54,738 nt of DNA from a virus (Duplodnaviria; Caudoviricetes), in the IMG/VR virus record IMGVR_UViG_3300043372_000548, positions 1 to 54,738 of that record. One strand, given 5' to 3'. The notes under the pieces were generated by a model. That model made no database searches and was not told where the DNA came from. It worked only from the letters and a program-made list of their open reading frames with translations. Shown piece by piece: positions 19,401 to 24,708 of the stretch (positions are counted from its first letter, which is position 1; each line of letters starts with the position of its first letter). Both the position numbers and the translations under genes were made by a program.

Positions 19401-22250
19401 GGCAGCAGTCGCTACCGTGCTAAAAACTTCGTCCGCAATTTCTTCCGGCCACTCTTTAATACCACCGAGGGCGACCTGCTTCGCCACATACCCAGCACGG
19501 GAAAGCTGGCTAGTGAACTGCTTTTTAAAAACTTCCTTAATAGCGGCAGGATTAGCCAAGAGCTTTTCTACACCCGTCGCTCCTCCTATTGTGGTCAAAA
19601 TAGCCGTGACCGCACCGCTAAGAATGGCTGGCATCTGGGCTTGGCGCAGTGCGGTGGCGTGAGACATCTCAGGATGCTTTTCCCGTAGTGTCGTGTAAAC
19701 ATCCGCAATCGTGGCTCCATAGGTCTGGGCACCACCAGCTACCGCACTACCAGCCACACCGGCTTGCACGATGTTAGCCGTAGCCTTAGCGGCCTGAGCA
19801 GGCGTCGAGGCACCACGAATGGCCGCGCTAAGTGCCGGCAGCATCCTGGTTCCTACCGCCGTGCGTGCGAACAGACCAAGTCCCACCTGGGCGACTTTGG
19901 CACCGCCGGCAGCGGGTATAAGCGATGGTGCGAGCCGTGCAAACTGCCCAGCAGCACGCAGCATAAAGCTGTCGGTTGCCCCGTGAATCTGTTTGTCTAG
20001 CTCGATGAGTTGAGAGCGTTCATTGAGCGCTTGAGCGCCAGCCATAGCGGTTTCGCTACCGGTAAGACCGGCCACAACGCCAAGCGCCTGCGCACCTATG
20101 TCATCGACGCCCTGGGCCATGCTTTGCAGCAACTGGCGCGTGATTTTGCCTACTGGGGTGGCTGTGTCCTTCAAAGTGTCAGCATACCGAGCGGCCTGCT
20201 CTTCGAGTGGCACGTCCTTGGGTTGAGTGGCTTGGAATTTCTGCCAACCTTCGTCTTGCAGCTTGTTCAGAGTATCAAGGGACTGCTTGCCATAATTCTC
20301 TCTGAGATTGGGCTGCACGGCCATGGCGGCACGTTTGGCCTCAGGACTGGCAGGACTGCGGTCCACCGCGGCCTTGTAGGCAGCAGGATCGGTGATCATG
20401 GGATTGATAATTACCCCACCATTGGACAGCATACGAAACTGGCGCTTATCGCCGCGCGCTTCATTCATAAAAGCAGAAGCACCGGTGCCGCTACCTGGTC
20501 CTTCCATATCTTCTCCGTGCTTTCCTTGGCGCGAACTCCAGTCGTGGGATTCCACATCGTTAAGAATGCGATCCGCCTCTTTTTCATCGATGCCAAGTGC
20601 CTGCGCAAGATTCTTGCGAGCCGTAACAAACAACTCACCCGCCTTCGAATTTAACTTGGGGTCTTCTGCCAACCGTTGCTTGTAGCCCTGATAGGCTGCC
20701 TGGGCGGCTGCATGTGTCTGCACGCCAACAGCGTTGGACTGTTCCAGTTTGGTTTGTGTCTCAGCCTGCAACGCCTCAACAGCGGCTTGGCGCTGCGGGC
20801 TGTCTTCAGGATACATGTCCGCCAGATCGGCGGCACGGGCTTCGAAGTCAGCCTGGATGCTACGGCTTTGCGCACTGGCACGTTCCATGCCTGGCATAAA
20901 ACTTTGCACCGCGTCCACATCTCCCTTGGCGGTCTTTTGCAAGTCTTGCGCTCGTTTGGCTGCATCATTTCGAAGAGCTACCTCCACTTTTAAATCCTCA
21001 GCCTCCGCCACTAATTGCTGGCGGGCCGGCTCGTTATCGGCGGCGTAAGTTTCCGACTTAGCTTGCAAGTCAAAAAGCTGAGCAGCCAGGGGCTTATGCC
21101 ATTGCGTGCCGTCTTGCATGGTGACGAGTTCACCCGCCGGCACACCGCTTTTAAGGGCTTGTTCATTTTTAAGCGTTAGCGCTTTTCGTTCCGTTTGTGA
21201 GGCTTCTAAAGGTGCATTGATTTTTTGGTATCGACTTTCTAAATCTGACTGCTTCGTCGTCAGATCGGTGTCGCTGTCCTGCAAATGCTTATCTAACTGG
21301 CCCACATCCATGCTCTGAATTTTTAGGCGTTGCGCTTCAGCCCATTTTTCTGGCGCATCGCGGCGCAAAATTAGATCCGCGCGCTTTTCAGCGGCAGTCT
21401 GTTGATATTGACTAGCCTCATCATGCTTACTCAGCAAAGTCTTGATGGTGCGGATTTTCTGCGCAGTTGGCGCAGTCATCTCATCCGCTTCTAGGTCGGC
21501 TAAATCTTGATCGTCGAGTTCAGCGTTAGGTGCCGAAAGACGTTGTAAGCGAGTAGCGGCTGCCGTGGCTTCCGGCGTCGGGTTATTGTTCATCACATCC
21601 CAAAAGCCGACTTTGTCAGTCTCTTGACTTTGGGGCGTTAACTTACTTGTCAGAGCATAAGTCGCGTCCGATGATGCGCTGGCCAGTTGCTTCTTCAAAT
21701 TTGTGACACCTGTTTCAGACAAAGGCGTCAGTTTTTCGGTCGTCGTCTTGTAATTCACTTCGGCATCCAAAGCCTTGAGTCGCTGATCGAATGCATCTTT
21801 GCGGAGCTTATCCGCAGCATCCTTTTTCCGTTGTTCTAGCACGGCATCGCTGTCCAAGACCGTAATGCTGTCATCGACCGGATTCGAACGGTAGCGACGC
21901 CCCTCAAGTTGATACTGTGTGATTTTGGCCGCTTTCGCTGCTTGCGCCTGCTGGCTGGCAGCATACGCATCGTCATCCTGTTCAGGCACAATGACGCCGG
22001 CTTCGTCCTTGTAATACGGACGGTTACTCTTTTTGAATGCTGTTTCAGCCGCTACATTATTGGCAACCTGGGCCTGCTTAGCAGCATCTTCCGCTGCGCG
22101 TGCTTGCTCTTTTTGGGCCTGTTCAGCTTCGCGGGCCATGGCTGCTGCTTCACGCGCCGCCGCTTTATCTGCCTGGTCGGCAGCGCGGATCTGCGGCTCA
22201 AACTCTTCACGGAGTAATGCATCTGTGGAAAGGCGGGGATCGAAAGGCAT
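1488..22250 (-). CDS. Giant 6920-aa polyvalent virion (ejection) protein with DarB-like methylase-helicase and multiple effector domains
   Basis: Uninterrupted ORF at the end of the structural operon; recognisable motifs for at least 10 domains (see sub-features). Confidence 0.93.
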   Translation of the reverse strand: MPFDPRLSTDALLREEFEPQIRAADQADKAAAREAAAMAREAEQAQKEQARAAEDAAKQAQVANNVAAETAFKKSNRPYYKDEAGVIVPEQDDDAYAASQQAQAAKAAKITQYQLEGRRYRSNPVDDSITVLDSDAVLEQRKKDAADKLRKDAFDQRLKALDAEVNYKTTTEKLTPLSETGVTNLKKQLASASSDATYALTSKLTPQSQETDKVGFWDVMNNNPTPEATAAATRLQRLSAPNAELDDQDLADLEADEMTAPTAQKIRTIKTLLSKHDEASQYQQTAAEKRADLILRRDAPEKWAEAQRLKIQSMDVGQLDKHLQDSDTDLTTKQSDLESRYQKINAPLEASQTERKALTLKNEQALKSGVPAGELVTMQDGTQWHKPLAAQLFDLQAKSETYAADNEPARQQLVAEAEDLKVEVALRNDAAKRAQDLQKTAKGDVDAVQSFMPGMERASAQSRSIQADFEARAADLADMYPEDSPQRQAAVEALQAETQTKLEQSNAVGVQTHAAAQAAYQGYKQRLAEDPKLNSKAGELFVTARKNLAQALGIDEKEADRILNDVESHDWSSRQGKHGEDMEGPGSGTGASAFMNEARGDKRQFRMLSNGGVIINPMITDPAAYKAAVDRSPASPEAKRAAMAVQPNLRENYGKQSLDTLNKLQDEGWQKFQATQPKDVPLEEQAARYADTLKDTATPVGKITRQLLQSMAQGVDDIGAQALGVVAGLTGSETAMAGAQALNERSQLIELDKQIHGATDSFMLRAAGQFARLAPSLIPAAGGAKVAQVGLGLFARTAVGTRMLPALSAAIRGASTPAQAAKATANIVQAGVAGSAVAGGAQTYGATIADVYTTLREKHPEMSHATALRQAQMPAILSGAVTAILTTIGGATGVEKLLANPAAIKEVFKKQFTSQLSRAGYVAKQVALGGIKEWPEEIADEVFSTVATAAASGESVPQALAQFVESLPELSAAIFALGGAGEGIQAIRESSRAPRDATQPNVAQVAPVEPADPALRPEVAAAAWSSIDQLSNREDLNPADIPGMQERASVALAVAQGGSVEDLEETQLNAAGWTGRNSKGITLPEGQIERLKGYTGPEVLEVDSAGVATISPAYRASLAQNLPEVAAAIPANHGVKIPTATQSEAPITARAQSKPVAASDSATSGVDTSTPEGQRIRDFTTHFQDLGLAPAEAAQVAQYLVNKQGVIGENYVEQAITKDYPKILRELGLSGSLSTSRAQDNPLRVPADFSQRLASQSAAKTAPVSPVADPSPSQAPASSEEQSARGSSAQGAASPASGGEDTTQGAVVAPPAAAAPATSNQETVYKKAQPSTTAPKLSFPQQERAEQLAAKIVKDGSYTEEEAAALAAEFVAQSSENNSDLNKQYKLSFLPWLSRAETAARGGSLAKGKVNAAGEPVADTDVVAETPSRPADLRRNSAWSRARLQVLTSLPASKRPQARKTLNILERALAENHALFGTLALGDSAKSLLGGSALAVNVIDGQTVLALDLSNVLKELSNLTDAEAGITATMVEETIHAAVLTLAKQNPGKYGMGELVKRWNSLTPELRQKVWESYHAIDILNKTQPSQMPGDMRAGQQWQLFNEFLRMMIQDRKFAGQVSEAAAQDKSLAQWLMDMLNDLGNALRDLVSKASPEVQADLETMIEEVGNLVLEMQARSKGDPSRLATLPALKPMAKKTPVASVKSKGGKTSPNDESADLNAPSVDAPPTDMRPLEVIFPGAALGTSITVTAPNGQKVRLRPAVVEANSPATIASMNFAGQSRTDFPQVFQPRKTDGVAISAQKRKQIATNADFSRLSSTAGGIRDGAAKVSRNHHVIIGNHRDVAIDHAYANPSDFPNILQYEKDLRAQAASFGISNEALQKIQKPKLIYIIDEDVNLRKLAEMGNAEMGPVDQAYQDAAALSPGLALINATEDGSLPGSSNMNFFRWFERNLVHDDSQKERFFDDDGGLGADGMERIQRALLAYAYGKDKQARAMIDTMVGSVEEENRNLSRVLSSIAPALADMKARMNEGDLFDMDISADVAWASYYFAKARKAGKPVSTYLEPGLVNEAGYTPPNSIQASILRFLDENARSAKNMIESFARYNGAVLSLGDPKQQSLFGDEPRPTREELFALATGQTSSQETAQPRLASGTKTPTLPPATALKLYRTLSAKQTLTPGQSKALETAEMSLGQTFLFDDATTRISKPAEDLRLETQTTGQALGSEQLSLFSGSKRVVPEWIKPVESLTIDATLARYGIQTSNSFRNPRIARAQLQGLPVTGGRESSDSGNARTRSEGGSGSGSRGAGIYSASQRGLEALPKLDLGAWGQHVRQIPEEDLLKGQEHTVYRHRDPRGDTAIKLTNAGEFGARGSLGGYLEQMARQNEMFGDDIAIEGWIQFPGESGPRLVTSQRWQRGRPSTLEEIDGYMRRKGFQRAYEGAWWDGSTVVSDALPKNFITATDGSVYPIDLIIETPRSQNRIDQLDNQVASQAQPQPTPEPPALYSGSKATDPRLLKQFGADWPHGWNEYGFPNMPKTLPADDDLLKPTETKTSATLRTDHPLVVTGILPADRTIPRAAFQRAVVQYFMQRATPVPAGTQPTLYAMGGGGGAGKSTILGILKKRGTVNTDNTVEINADDIKELIPEYHELKLAGDGRAAATVHEESSQITTLLMDRAIPAGKPARYNIVFDGTLANAEKTKVLFKRWKASGLKIHLIGVSIDPREAITRAVLRGQNSGRWVPVDVLMGAHRSFNAAVKAYIPLVDLADVYDNTPPKPHAIVEKTAPGPQFSIVNPQFWGILDSRSNEEISTNNSRRNSAAERDTNGPRQTPLREVQRSAAGEEVAPDWPQMLAQVNDMTVQEFAALAATGKLNQATGKPSPFPVGSMNTPLAIGAAEGYSLQDIAHFYLARRTPRDTTPADLADSAPDAADVSEIVTAFDEFANDGYRESQTPSLTKGRTATDNTPDLFSFNAGLGLETLLTPAQNEAKVQQAQTLDLFGDFTDARPRPTSQRAPRPARTGRPASSAETTGGLGDLFGQTGMVSTSRGEGSLFGDGAGFTGSSGSSGTNADGGTTTRGPRTDDSAGNDIKGRTNADMPRLPGDAGNPNATKILRPDVGSPERNFEVPDNVENLAPATERAKVTANIEAIRLLKVLEDERRNATPEEKKTLASYTGWGAFKEAFNNKYEKDISEYWDGVPEYRRQYMPDWLKSWEKNHRPLHKLLKESMTADEFSSASASTLNAHYTAVPFIRAMWKMVDRLGFKGGRALESSAGNGHYLGVQPAALADQTQWQTVELDDLSARLLSKLYPEAVVNENSANESRTVTGLGFERARIPNGSLDLVISNVPFHESGPSKKGFPSLNLHNFFFAHALDKVKPGGLVAFITSESTMQNNVKQRDFIASKGDLVAAFRLPNNAFKENAGTEVTTDIIILRKPDGTPFQGEAWRNLTEVGRQTITLVQGKDQTVDELRREAVRTGDIVGKEYFKGDKKAIDVSAPIMVNEYFVNHPQNALGTHTLASSMYRAGGYALVAPDTLDVTGALDALIPSLPQNVMGRQNTAEAKATVLADRDDKPFSFKEQNGKLYEVQPDGSMEEAEWSTNAEMVKTWRSWRKVADAAEELVQAETSNSFEETGLDRLRRNLNVLYDNHVMRHKPISRRFANSHKHLTSDPSYPLTAALETEITAVDSKTGKKSYTYQKAEIFSKRIGRPIVEPTSAQTTDEALELALAWRGTIDSAYAASLLGSTVERFEAEALLRPDIFRNPDTSLLEQGEEYLSGNVRQKLETAQEAAKDDPRFTKNVEALTAAQPERKEIARISPVLGARWIPAPVYDAFIKEVLQGSDTVEYIPAGNSWIISGTGLYKTEDHGSERKKAAALFKHALDMTEPLVYDGSGDNRTFNAKDTAAAKTALDKMRRAFIDFVKTSDNMVEIEGQSVPVWEATENAFNESNNSYVTPKHTGAYLKFPGLNTNYVYTKPHRRGVIARFLTTRRGMMAHGVGSGKTFNQIILAQEMRRLGLAKKPMIVVQNATLGQFAKSYLKAYPGAKVLVPSKSDFQAQNRRKLVAKIATGDWDAVILPHSQFDLISNKESAVKAYMDSQIEELVAIVNSTKDKAKVRDLEGMVKRLKERRQGMLDQLKARQDTAVMWEDLGIDALIMDEAHNYKSLPIITRMGRVKGVPASGNSQRAINFMLKCRDVQSRTGGKNIFLATGTPIKNSMAEAYIMMQFMAPDVLEDFGIHNFDDFATSYGQTVTEAEMAWGGTPKMETRFAKFQNGSALITMVRTMFDVAFGNESLGLDVPKIKGGEPEMVIVPATESIDRFNAWTRNVNELWKNAAPDEKEEFTAVPIQTMAAGIAAALDPRLLSPNLPDDPGSKVNTAVGRVVEIYKAGAKNKTTQIIFSDLRNPFSMEYLMPFTGHPFPEYGGDGEFDLYVDVKNKLVAAGVPEKEIHLMKSGMTDTAKAALFEKVDAGEIRIIMGSTELLGVGVNIQTRLKAVHHLMPPRDFTPAMMEQRNGRIIRQGNLHAEKVEGKPAWNEEVEVVNYGTEGSMDSAIYGTLARKQRFITQLLMGEEMQDTFDDPTDPVAVNMAEMAARTLGDPDFIRRIELEKEIKDLRLQSEAFTNELAGKRSRLSRLETNLRYGDSAIAAAQEEADKYAKLWTRTAPKPEGVKEDTDISDKAVYEFGGLVIDTAGKEGSVTAKLDNWLLDTSKRLERRGMTQSPASLTINGQEVPLNIYITMPNSSTAGAVLDDKGRDLIKFSGAGSLIHNLRRLPADLQDTVQRTRQNLADDAAKAEKLRETLAAIGTFPEAEKLAALELESQEVDARLREKSSPPETATESAESSASPSLAKGQTTPLLASSKNVAELQAAKNAWTAGGFNSEQADNIIEQFYRPEAFSSIPKNAVLVPMPSTSGKNVLPFRLAQRLAQSGATIASGNYAVPTAQREAKAKTTFWAKMSDPVEYQPDADLNDLRQVTGRPIWLVEDIHNTGESWLAMRAMLEKEGIPVAGVATLAASDLRQTSERDIERLSQKVSMLLTKPLEEVQPVMYGLFNDSYKQWFNKAERAIDGSADQAKRLFELARARTDATSGQSQAYSAGKRALPKNGFKDPLSDSYIQGYLNLPNVNVPANKQPAAKRAIRAAANASTQAYQLPSAAGNVRDSGRLDKLRERAEREWRGLVSQNVGAIREAFQEKDTLSTILQEFTSRQIPSFDIRGAVIKTAADFAAFNLAVRTPYFETLKIAVVDDSNQVVHSQIVHVGSLNETIADPKSIAGVLASAKLANPKTKLAGWLIAHNHPSGDPTPSDADNRITRTFREMGLIYGLPLIDHVVTNGERYYSYRESGFINGQGPSGKTKPTLPILPTPAQPEMGNLADWEVLPTGRSNATFYGNNPLAVIPYLATLRTADPDHLHVLFVDTRLAVRAVERIPASSTNAEVAQRIIFGAAREGAYGFLVGFPQNNGQDNGISDEQNRLVRHLKEMGKSSGLRFVDAVIPFTDRNMSFVEMGLMEQPVSSLAKGQTAPMMGDDTEANQLDSRTAGKSSIRGSRVTAEQGSAIRDVHFARVAEDGPLRQGSAAARKDFDWTPGPDLAKRLGAAFDVPVITAAQEADIQALNANTDGVESIVYLDRENGVIYKRLQDGRGNPAGGIWPHVGHSSLNRLDWSFQPAKNPRAIGVRLAVMSDFGGTPTEIAAIGPQGHIYLKQPLSPNPGIGSQDAFIDNSGNAAARRASGIMEIPTNLITYNAPRAYITVVKGRPWLVLDLHADNLVGDNQGAGRINDPVIGIITQDTLRNVKGLGALVQQATQEAQSLGDRSARLFAGKKRVVTTNSLDAAAQTAATSPLNSTPEPSAAQKKAGNYKVGRFNLGPLDISIENPAGSVRSGTDPDGTKWSIRLHDHYGYIRGTQGKDGDHIDIYIQPGTPADYNGPVFVVNQMDTAGQFDEHKVVLGVDIRDAVAARSEYLKNYTPGWKGAGSIAEFPSVAAFEEWATERRRMGLAKGTTTPSPLAALGWNHLDRHVSAKMAALTRHLDDKVGVSETVAKWQGAEDAKPFLAALKAVKGQFMPDSILPREVAAAKREMEIKTAIGSQKAMDLVRALSGNPKFSDLVYPAEFSANPVWRKKMYLAMTGEAPLSGLPAELQALAQRLRDMLIEQGTEAVKQGRMSLETFENLREGYMPHYYKEDVQREKSLTKRFRLGLRDITAQRTTAWHISDRENKDAGGEPRLVNWQGNQWRFRNQGQRDAFYEDFILKNVLDTLQMRGGQNKKLTLADLRAPAKLPEELRGRIKELTRAQRYRFQKMAPLSVQEKEDAGLIMDPVYSISRYMAQMVHDNSTAAFFNFVASKPEWISDVQVADFTEIPDNARFGRLAGKFVQDDIAGQLLEMIESPNTALRLYDTLMGWWKTGKTVLNPGTHVRNVLGNIFFSQLAGASVWNPGNLTYYRQALSALRDGGRTLQEAYENGVLGADFVSAELRQTLRQILPDPATIQDDGKPDALLGIGKALGKLVPEWAKNPLSKSYNHIANAYQAEDEVFKLAAYLKAQSMGLTPEKSAAHVRQWFPYFDGGTSGTLKLLGRTAMPFLGFYRESIRIFGNALKERPIALAAGLSVPSLVTFLSALALGLDDDDLEELKKDMRGKAGKLLGPTPLEGMPLFSMLLPVRSDQGQIQQFDISAVHPFVDFLGNRVEGGDGEDWWQKTLRSLVAAGPIGSLLYAQMTGKDAFGNRTFVENNMTAGEKIAARLDNAAKTVLPPLVPGGTGFQTLLNAGTRSTGKTLETRSPTQAVARAVVGLDVRNAVPDLYRIADDWRKANKLPTTEGMDFGSTTPTSRARSALFSQLAQDTPNLTAIANLKKKLMEFGAPIQNGQDVQRLLFYKNPLMIISGKENQQRFRASLTGPARAELDRAMSEYQKIKSRSQLLLRP
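4280..4720 (-). other. Inorganic pyrophosphatase-like (InPase) domain of giant protein (approximate limits)
   Basis: AGNYKVG...ISIENPAGSVRSGTD...HYGYIRGT-GKDGDHID...FDEHKV signature of polyvalent-protein InPase. Confidence 0.88.
4890..5420 (-). other. Second polyvalent-type Ser/Thr/Tyr kinase domain (approximate limits)
   Basis: GVESIVY...VIYK, LKQP, DLHADN catalytic loop, INDP. Confidence 0.75.
5486..5677 (-). CDS. Nested +1-frame 63-aa ORF upstream of kinase 2 (candidate antitoxin/immunity protein)
   Basis: TTGCAA(5705-5710)-N16-GATGAT(5683-5688)-N5-ATG; host frame here is an R/G/S-rich linker. Confidence 0.45.
   Translation of the reverse strand: MTPKPINWTAGLPENRRFEDHELPLNKDPRYAMSISPASLKTDPSGREVPLRAKTSTGPQDRI
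5730..6640 (-). other. Tandem JAB/RadC domains: first intact, second degenerate (approximate limits)
   Basis: E...HNHPSGDPTPSDAD...IDHVV in copy 1 (about 6215-6640); copy 2 (about 5730-6090) keeps the pattern (VLFVDT...GFLVGFP...SDEQ...FVDAVI) but lacks the HxH ligands. Confidence 0.82.
7190..7670 (-). other. Type I phosphoribosyltransferase-like domain (approximate limits)
   Basis: VLVPMPS...N-LP, and IWLVEDIHNTGES resembling the PRPP-binding VDD-xx-TG-x-T/S loop. Confidence 0.75.
8300..12900 (-). other. DarB-like N6-adenine methyltransferase plus SNF2 (SF2) helicase module (approximate limits)
   Basis: NIEAIRLLK..L...R.ATPEE...L..YTGWG; ALESSAGNG (motif I); DLVISNVPF (motif IV); AHGVGSGKT, DEAHNYK, ATGTP, QRNGRIIRQGN. 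Confidence 0.93.
12908..13249 (-). CDS. Nested +1-frame 113-aa acidic helical ORF immediately upstream of the MTase-helicase module
   Basis: MRDPDQLPNVLHALLGLDALPRLLKQPEALVTYLDKQAW...; TTGAGA-N17-CAGAAT at 13302-13330 and GGAG 9 nt before ATG; host frame is G/S/T/R low-complexity. Confidence 0.65.
   Translation of the reverse strand: MRDPDQLPNVLHALLGLDALPRLLKQPEALVTYLDKQAWSQLPEGKDLSLETEPDSQEAAEAAELMPMVEQQLADLELTTQQEMTLKAALTQICPDCLEMLEILMPPKSYAQM
13727..13843 (-). CDS. Nested +1-frame 38-aa ORF directly after zeta domain (MKKSPPITAAEIAQQKEIQTALDKLPYGKFSVPPPAKK)
   Basis: Translated by hand (below ORF-track cutoff); TTGTAA(13880-13885)-N16-TATCTT(13858-13863) 14 nt upstream of ATG. Confidence 0.55.
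   Translation of the reverse strand: MKKSPPITAAEIAQQKEIQTALDKLPYGKFSVPPPAKK
13900..14560 (-). other. Zeta-toxin-like P-loop kinase domain (approximate limits)
   Basis: MGGGGGAGKST Walker A, INADDIK, VHEESS, NIVFDGT, R...GRWVP. Confidence 0.87.
14830..15270 (-). other. First polyvalent-type Ser/Thr/Tyr kinase domain (approximate limits)
   Basis: GQEHTVY, AIK, YL.....N..FGD, LVTSQ.W, SDALPKN, PIDLI. Confidence 0.82.
15287..15487 (-). CDS. Nested +1-frame 66-aa ORF upstream of kinase 1 (candidate antitoxin/immunity protein)
   Basis: TTGAAT(15518-15523)-N16-TACATT(15496-15501), with extended TG, then N8-ATG; ends where the kinase begins; host frame is G/R/S-rich. Confidence 0.6.
   Translation of the reverse strand: MESKLLIRSGTRESRELNSRAYQSPEDEKAQTAAMRALGVKVGAEVVAEEPVFIQQAREAWKRSQS
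15850..17030 (-). other. DdrB-like ParB-superfamily domain plus helical extension (approximate limits)
   Basis: VVEA..., FPQVFQPR, GA....., VIIGNHR..AI..AY, Y...L...A..FGI pattern. Confidence 0.75.
17230..17870 (-). other. Zincin-like metallopeptidase (MPTase)-like domain with variant EETIH motif (approximate limits)
   Basis: TMVEETIHAAV followed by downstream NEFL and a W...L helix; first His of HExxH replaced by Glu. Confidence 0.55.
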
Positions 22251-22253
22251 AAT

Positions 22254-22469
22254 TTAAAAATCGTCAGTGGTTAAAAGTAGAGGGTAAAAACTTCTCAGAG
22301 GCACGTCATAGGGCACGCAGGATAGAATGTGCGACGTTTTATCAGTTACACCGTGGTCGCGCAGCAGATAGCGCAAACAGGTTGTGTCGTAATTGCAACC
22401 GTGATCATGGCATCGCGTGATGTCGGCCTTTAATTTTGGAAGTGTGGGAGGTTGAACAAGATCGTCCAT
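22254..22469 (-). CDS. Small Cys-rich phage protein
   Basis: DITRC-x4-C-x5-CLRY motif typical of small phage metal-binding proteins; packed tightly in operon. Confidence 0.65.
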   Translation of the reverse strand: MDDLVQPPTLPKLKADITRCHDHGCNYDTTCLRYLLRDHGVTDKTSHILSCVPYDVPLRSFYPLLLTTDDF

Positions 22470-23215
22470 TAGCGAATTACAAGTGCGGGAGGCTTAGCAG
22501 AAGCCACGCTGCTGGTATTTGGGCCGTAAGGTTGAGCAGTTGGCTGGGTGGCCGCAATAGTAGTTTGCCAGTAAGGCGCTGCAGGATTGGCTGGAGCAGG
22601 TTTAGGCTGAACTGGTGCCGAGACAGGCGCAGTTTGAATGCCGTTTAAAAAAGCGTTGGTTTGGTTCTCCAACCAACCCCCAACCACGTTACCCGCGACG
22701 TTCTTGGGTAAAAACGGAAGCCTCCCGGCGAGATCTTCTATCTTTTCGCCGACTAGGTTTGATGCCCCAGCTACAATCGCTTGGCGGGGGGAACCTGTCT
22801 CAACGAACTTCCGGCCGGTATGATATAGTGCCTCCAATTTTTTGGGGCCAGCGATGTCTATTGCCCAATTAGCCCAGTTGCTAGGGTAGTTCACTAGCGC
22901 TTCTTTTGCTACACGAGTAATCGGGTTTCCGTCCCCGACGTATTGTTTACGCAGCGCGGCTAGATCATCCCTTTCTTTTTGGATTTTTGCTAGCCTTTCA
23001 GCCCCGTCGGGGATGTTTTTCTTTCCCATGATTAGGTTAGCTGCCCCTTGACCTAACTGTTGAAAGGCTAGCTTGGCTTCCCTGTTACTCATCCTTAGAC
23101 CTTCCCCAAAAGTCTGAGGAACTTCGGGGACTCTCTTTTCAAGCGTAAAGGCTGGCGGTGGCGCAGCAGCAGGTTGGCGAACTCTTGGCAGCGGGTATGT
23201 TTCACGAAAAGGCAT
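22469..23215 (-). CDS. Putative ejection / internal virion protein
   Basis: Position between portal and giant gene; helical Gly/Ala-rich core and Pro-rich ends. Confidence 0.55.
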   Translation of the reverse strand: MPFRETYPLPRVRQPAAAPPPAFTLEKRVPEVPQTFGEGLRMSNREAKLAFQQLGQGAANLIMGKKNIPDGAERLAKIQKERDDLAALRKQYVGDGNPITRVAKEALVNYPSNWANWAIDIAGPKKLEALYHTGRKFVETGSPRQAIVAGASNLVGEKIEDLAGRLPFLPKNVAGNVVGGWLENQTNAFLNGIQTAPVSAPVQPKPAPANPAAPYWQTTIAATQPTAQPYGPNTSSVASAKPPALVIR

Positions 23216-23220
23216 AGGTC

Positions 23221-24708
23221 TTACTGATAAACAAATTTAGGTTTCATCTCAGAACCAAAGATATTTACGTTGGCTTCCGGTTTAGTAACACCTGCTTGGG
23301 AAAATGGCGTGCTACCGGCTGGGGCAGTCGAGACAACCGGTCCTGTTTTTTTCCGCTGCTCTGCTTTTAGTGCAGCCTGATAATCCAGTTCTGCCTGGCT
23401 GGCCGTTGTGCTACCTTGCATCCAATCACGGGTAGGTTTCATCATGTCGTTGATTGATTTGCCCGTGTTTTTCAAAGAATCATTGGCTGCATCAATGGCT
23501 CCGCCGACAAGGCGAGGCACATTTTCATTAACTGACTTCGCAGCGCTAGTGACTCCCTCACCTACCGCCGTCGTCCCCTCACCTAGCGCAGCAGTGACCT
23601 TCTGCATCCCTGGCCGGCGGGCAAGCGCGGCCGCCTCAGCCTCCTGTTTCATTTGGTCCAAGGTTTTCGGCATTGGCGGCGGTGGTAAAGAGCCTTCTAC
23701 AGGCCGTTTGGCAGAAGAAGCAGCAGCAGGCGGTAAAGAGCCAGGTGGTTTCATATCATTGGTTTGCCCACTTACAATAGGTGGAGCCGGTAGCTTACGG
23801 GCCGCTTTGGGTGGTCCTGCATTGAGATCTGGCAGGCTTAGATACGCAGCTGGACCCGTGGCTGATTGAGCGGCAGGCGGCATTGCGCTTGGTGTCATGG
23901 TCTTAGGAACTTGGGCTGGCGAGGCCACTGGCGCGCGTGCCTTGAGTAGAACGTCCGCCGGCGTGCCGATGTCCCCAAACTGACCGCCAGCTTGCCGCTG
24001 CTTTGCGTAAGCCGTAGCAGCACGCAGCACGGGGTCACCGGCAGGTTGTTGCCCAGGTGGGCTAAAGGTCACGCTACCGGTGCCGTAAGGGCTTGTCACC
24101 GTGCGCGAAGATGTCGGATTAGCTCCACGACTTATGGTTGCCCCTGAATTAAACTGTGTGCCGTTGGCATCACGCGCCATTACTCCCATATCCCGCTGAT
24201 CGGTAATGGCGCGGGCCATGGCAGGTGCGGCAGAACTGCCCGCAGTCGACTGCGGAGCCGGCGATTGACCGGCGGCCAACATTGGCGGTCGGGCTGTATT
24301 TGGAGAAAGTAAACGGCTCGTCACCGATGGTGCGCTAGTAGGCGCTGGCATTGGTGGCGTGTCCAGGCCGCTAAACATGGGAGCCGATGACGGTGGCGCT
24401 GCTCGTGGCGCTAAACTAGACCCACGATCTGGAGATAAAGGGCCACCGCGCACATACCCACTCTTACCCGTAGGCACAGGCGTGTTTGTTAGAGCAGCAC
24501 GCATAGCTGCTCGTGGTTGCATCCCAGAGTATTTTCCACCAATTAACTTGGTGCCTTTGGATGTGGTTTTAGTGCTGCCAATCTCGGACGCATTTGCATC
24601 GGCAATATCCGTGTCGATCTGGTTTTGAAAAACAGCCATTTCCGCAGAAGTCATTGGCGGTTCTCCTGCTAGGCGGCGGCGTTCTTGTTCGGCTTCAATC
24701 GGATTCAT
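23221..24708 (-). CDS. Pro/Ala-rich low-complexity putative ejection protein
   Basis: 495-aa ORF, ATGA overlap with upstream gene, position in ejection cluster. Confidence 0.55.
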   Translation of the reverse strand: MNPIEAEQERRRLAGEPPMTSAEMAVFQNQIDTDIADANASEIGSTKTTSKGTKLIGGKYSGMQPRAAMRAALTNTPVPTGKSGYVRGGPLSPDRGSSLAPRAAPPSSAPMFSGLDTPPMPAPTSAPSVTSRLLSPNTARPPMLAAGQSPAPQSTAGSSAAPAMARAITDQRDMGVMARDANGTQFNSGATISRGANPTSSRTVTSPYGTGSVTFSPPGQQPAGDPVLRAATAYAKQRQAGGQFGDIGTPADVLLKARAPVASPAQVPKTMTPSAMPPAAQSATGPAAYLSLPDLNAGPPKAARKLPAPPIVSGQTNDMKPPGSLPPAAASSAKRPVEGSLPPPPMPKTLDQMKQEAEAAALARRPGMQKVTAALGEGTTAVGEGVTSAAKSVNENVPRLVGGAIDAANDSLKNTGKSINDMMKPTRDWMQGSTTASQAELDYQAALKAEQRKKTGPVVSTAPAGSTPFSQAGVTKPEANVNIFGSEMKPKFVYQ

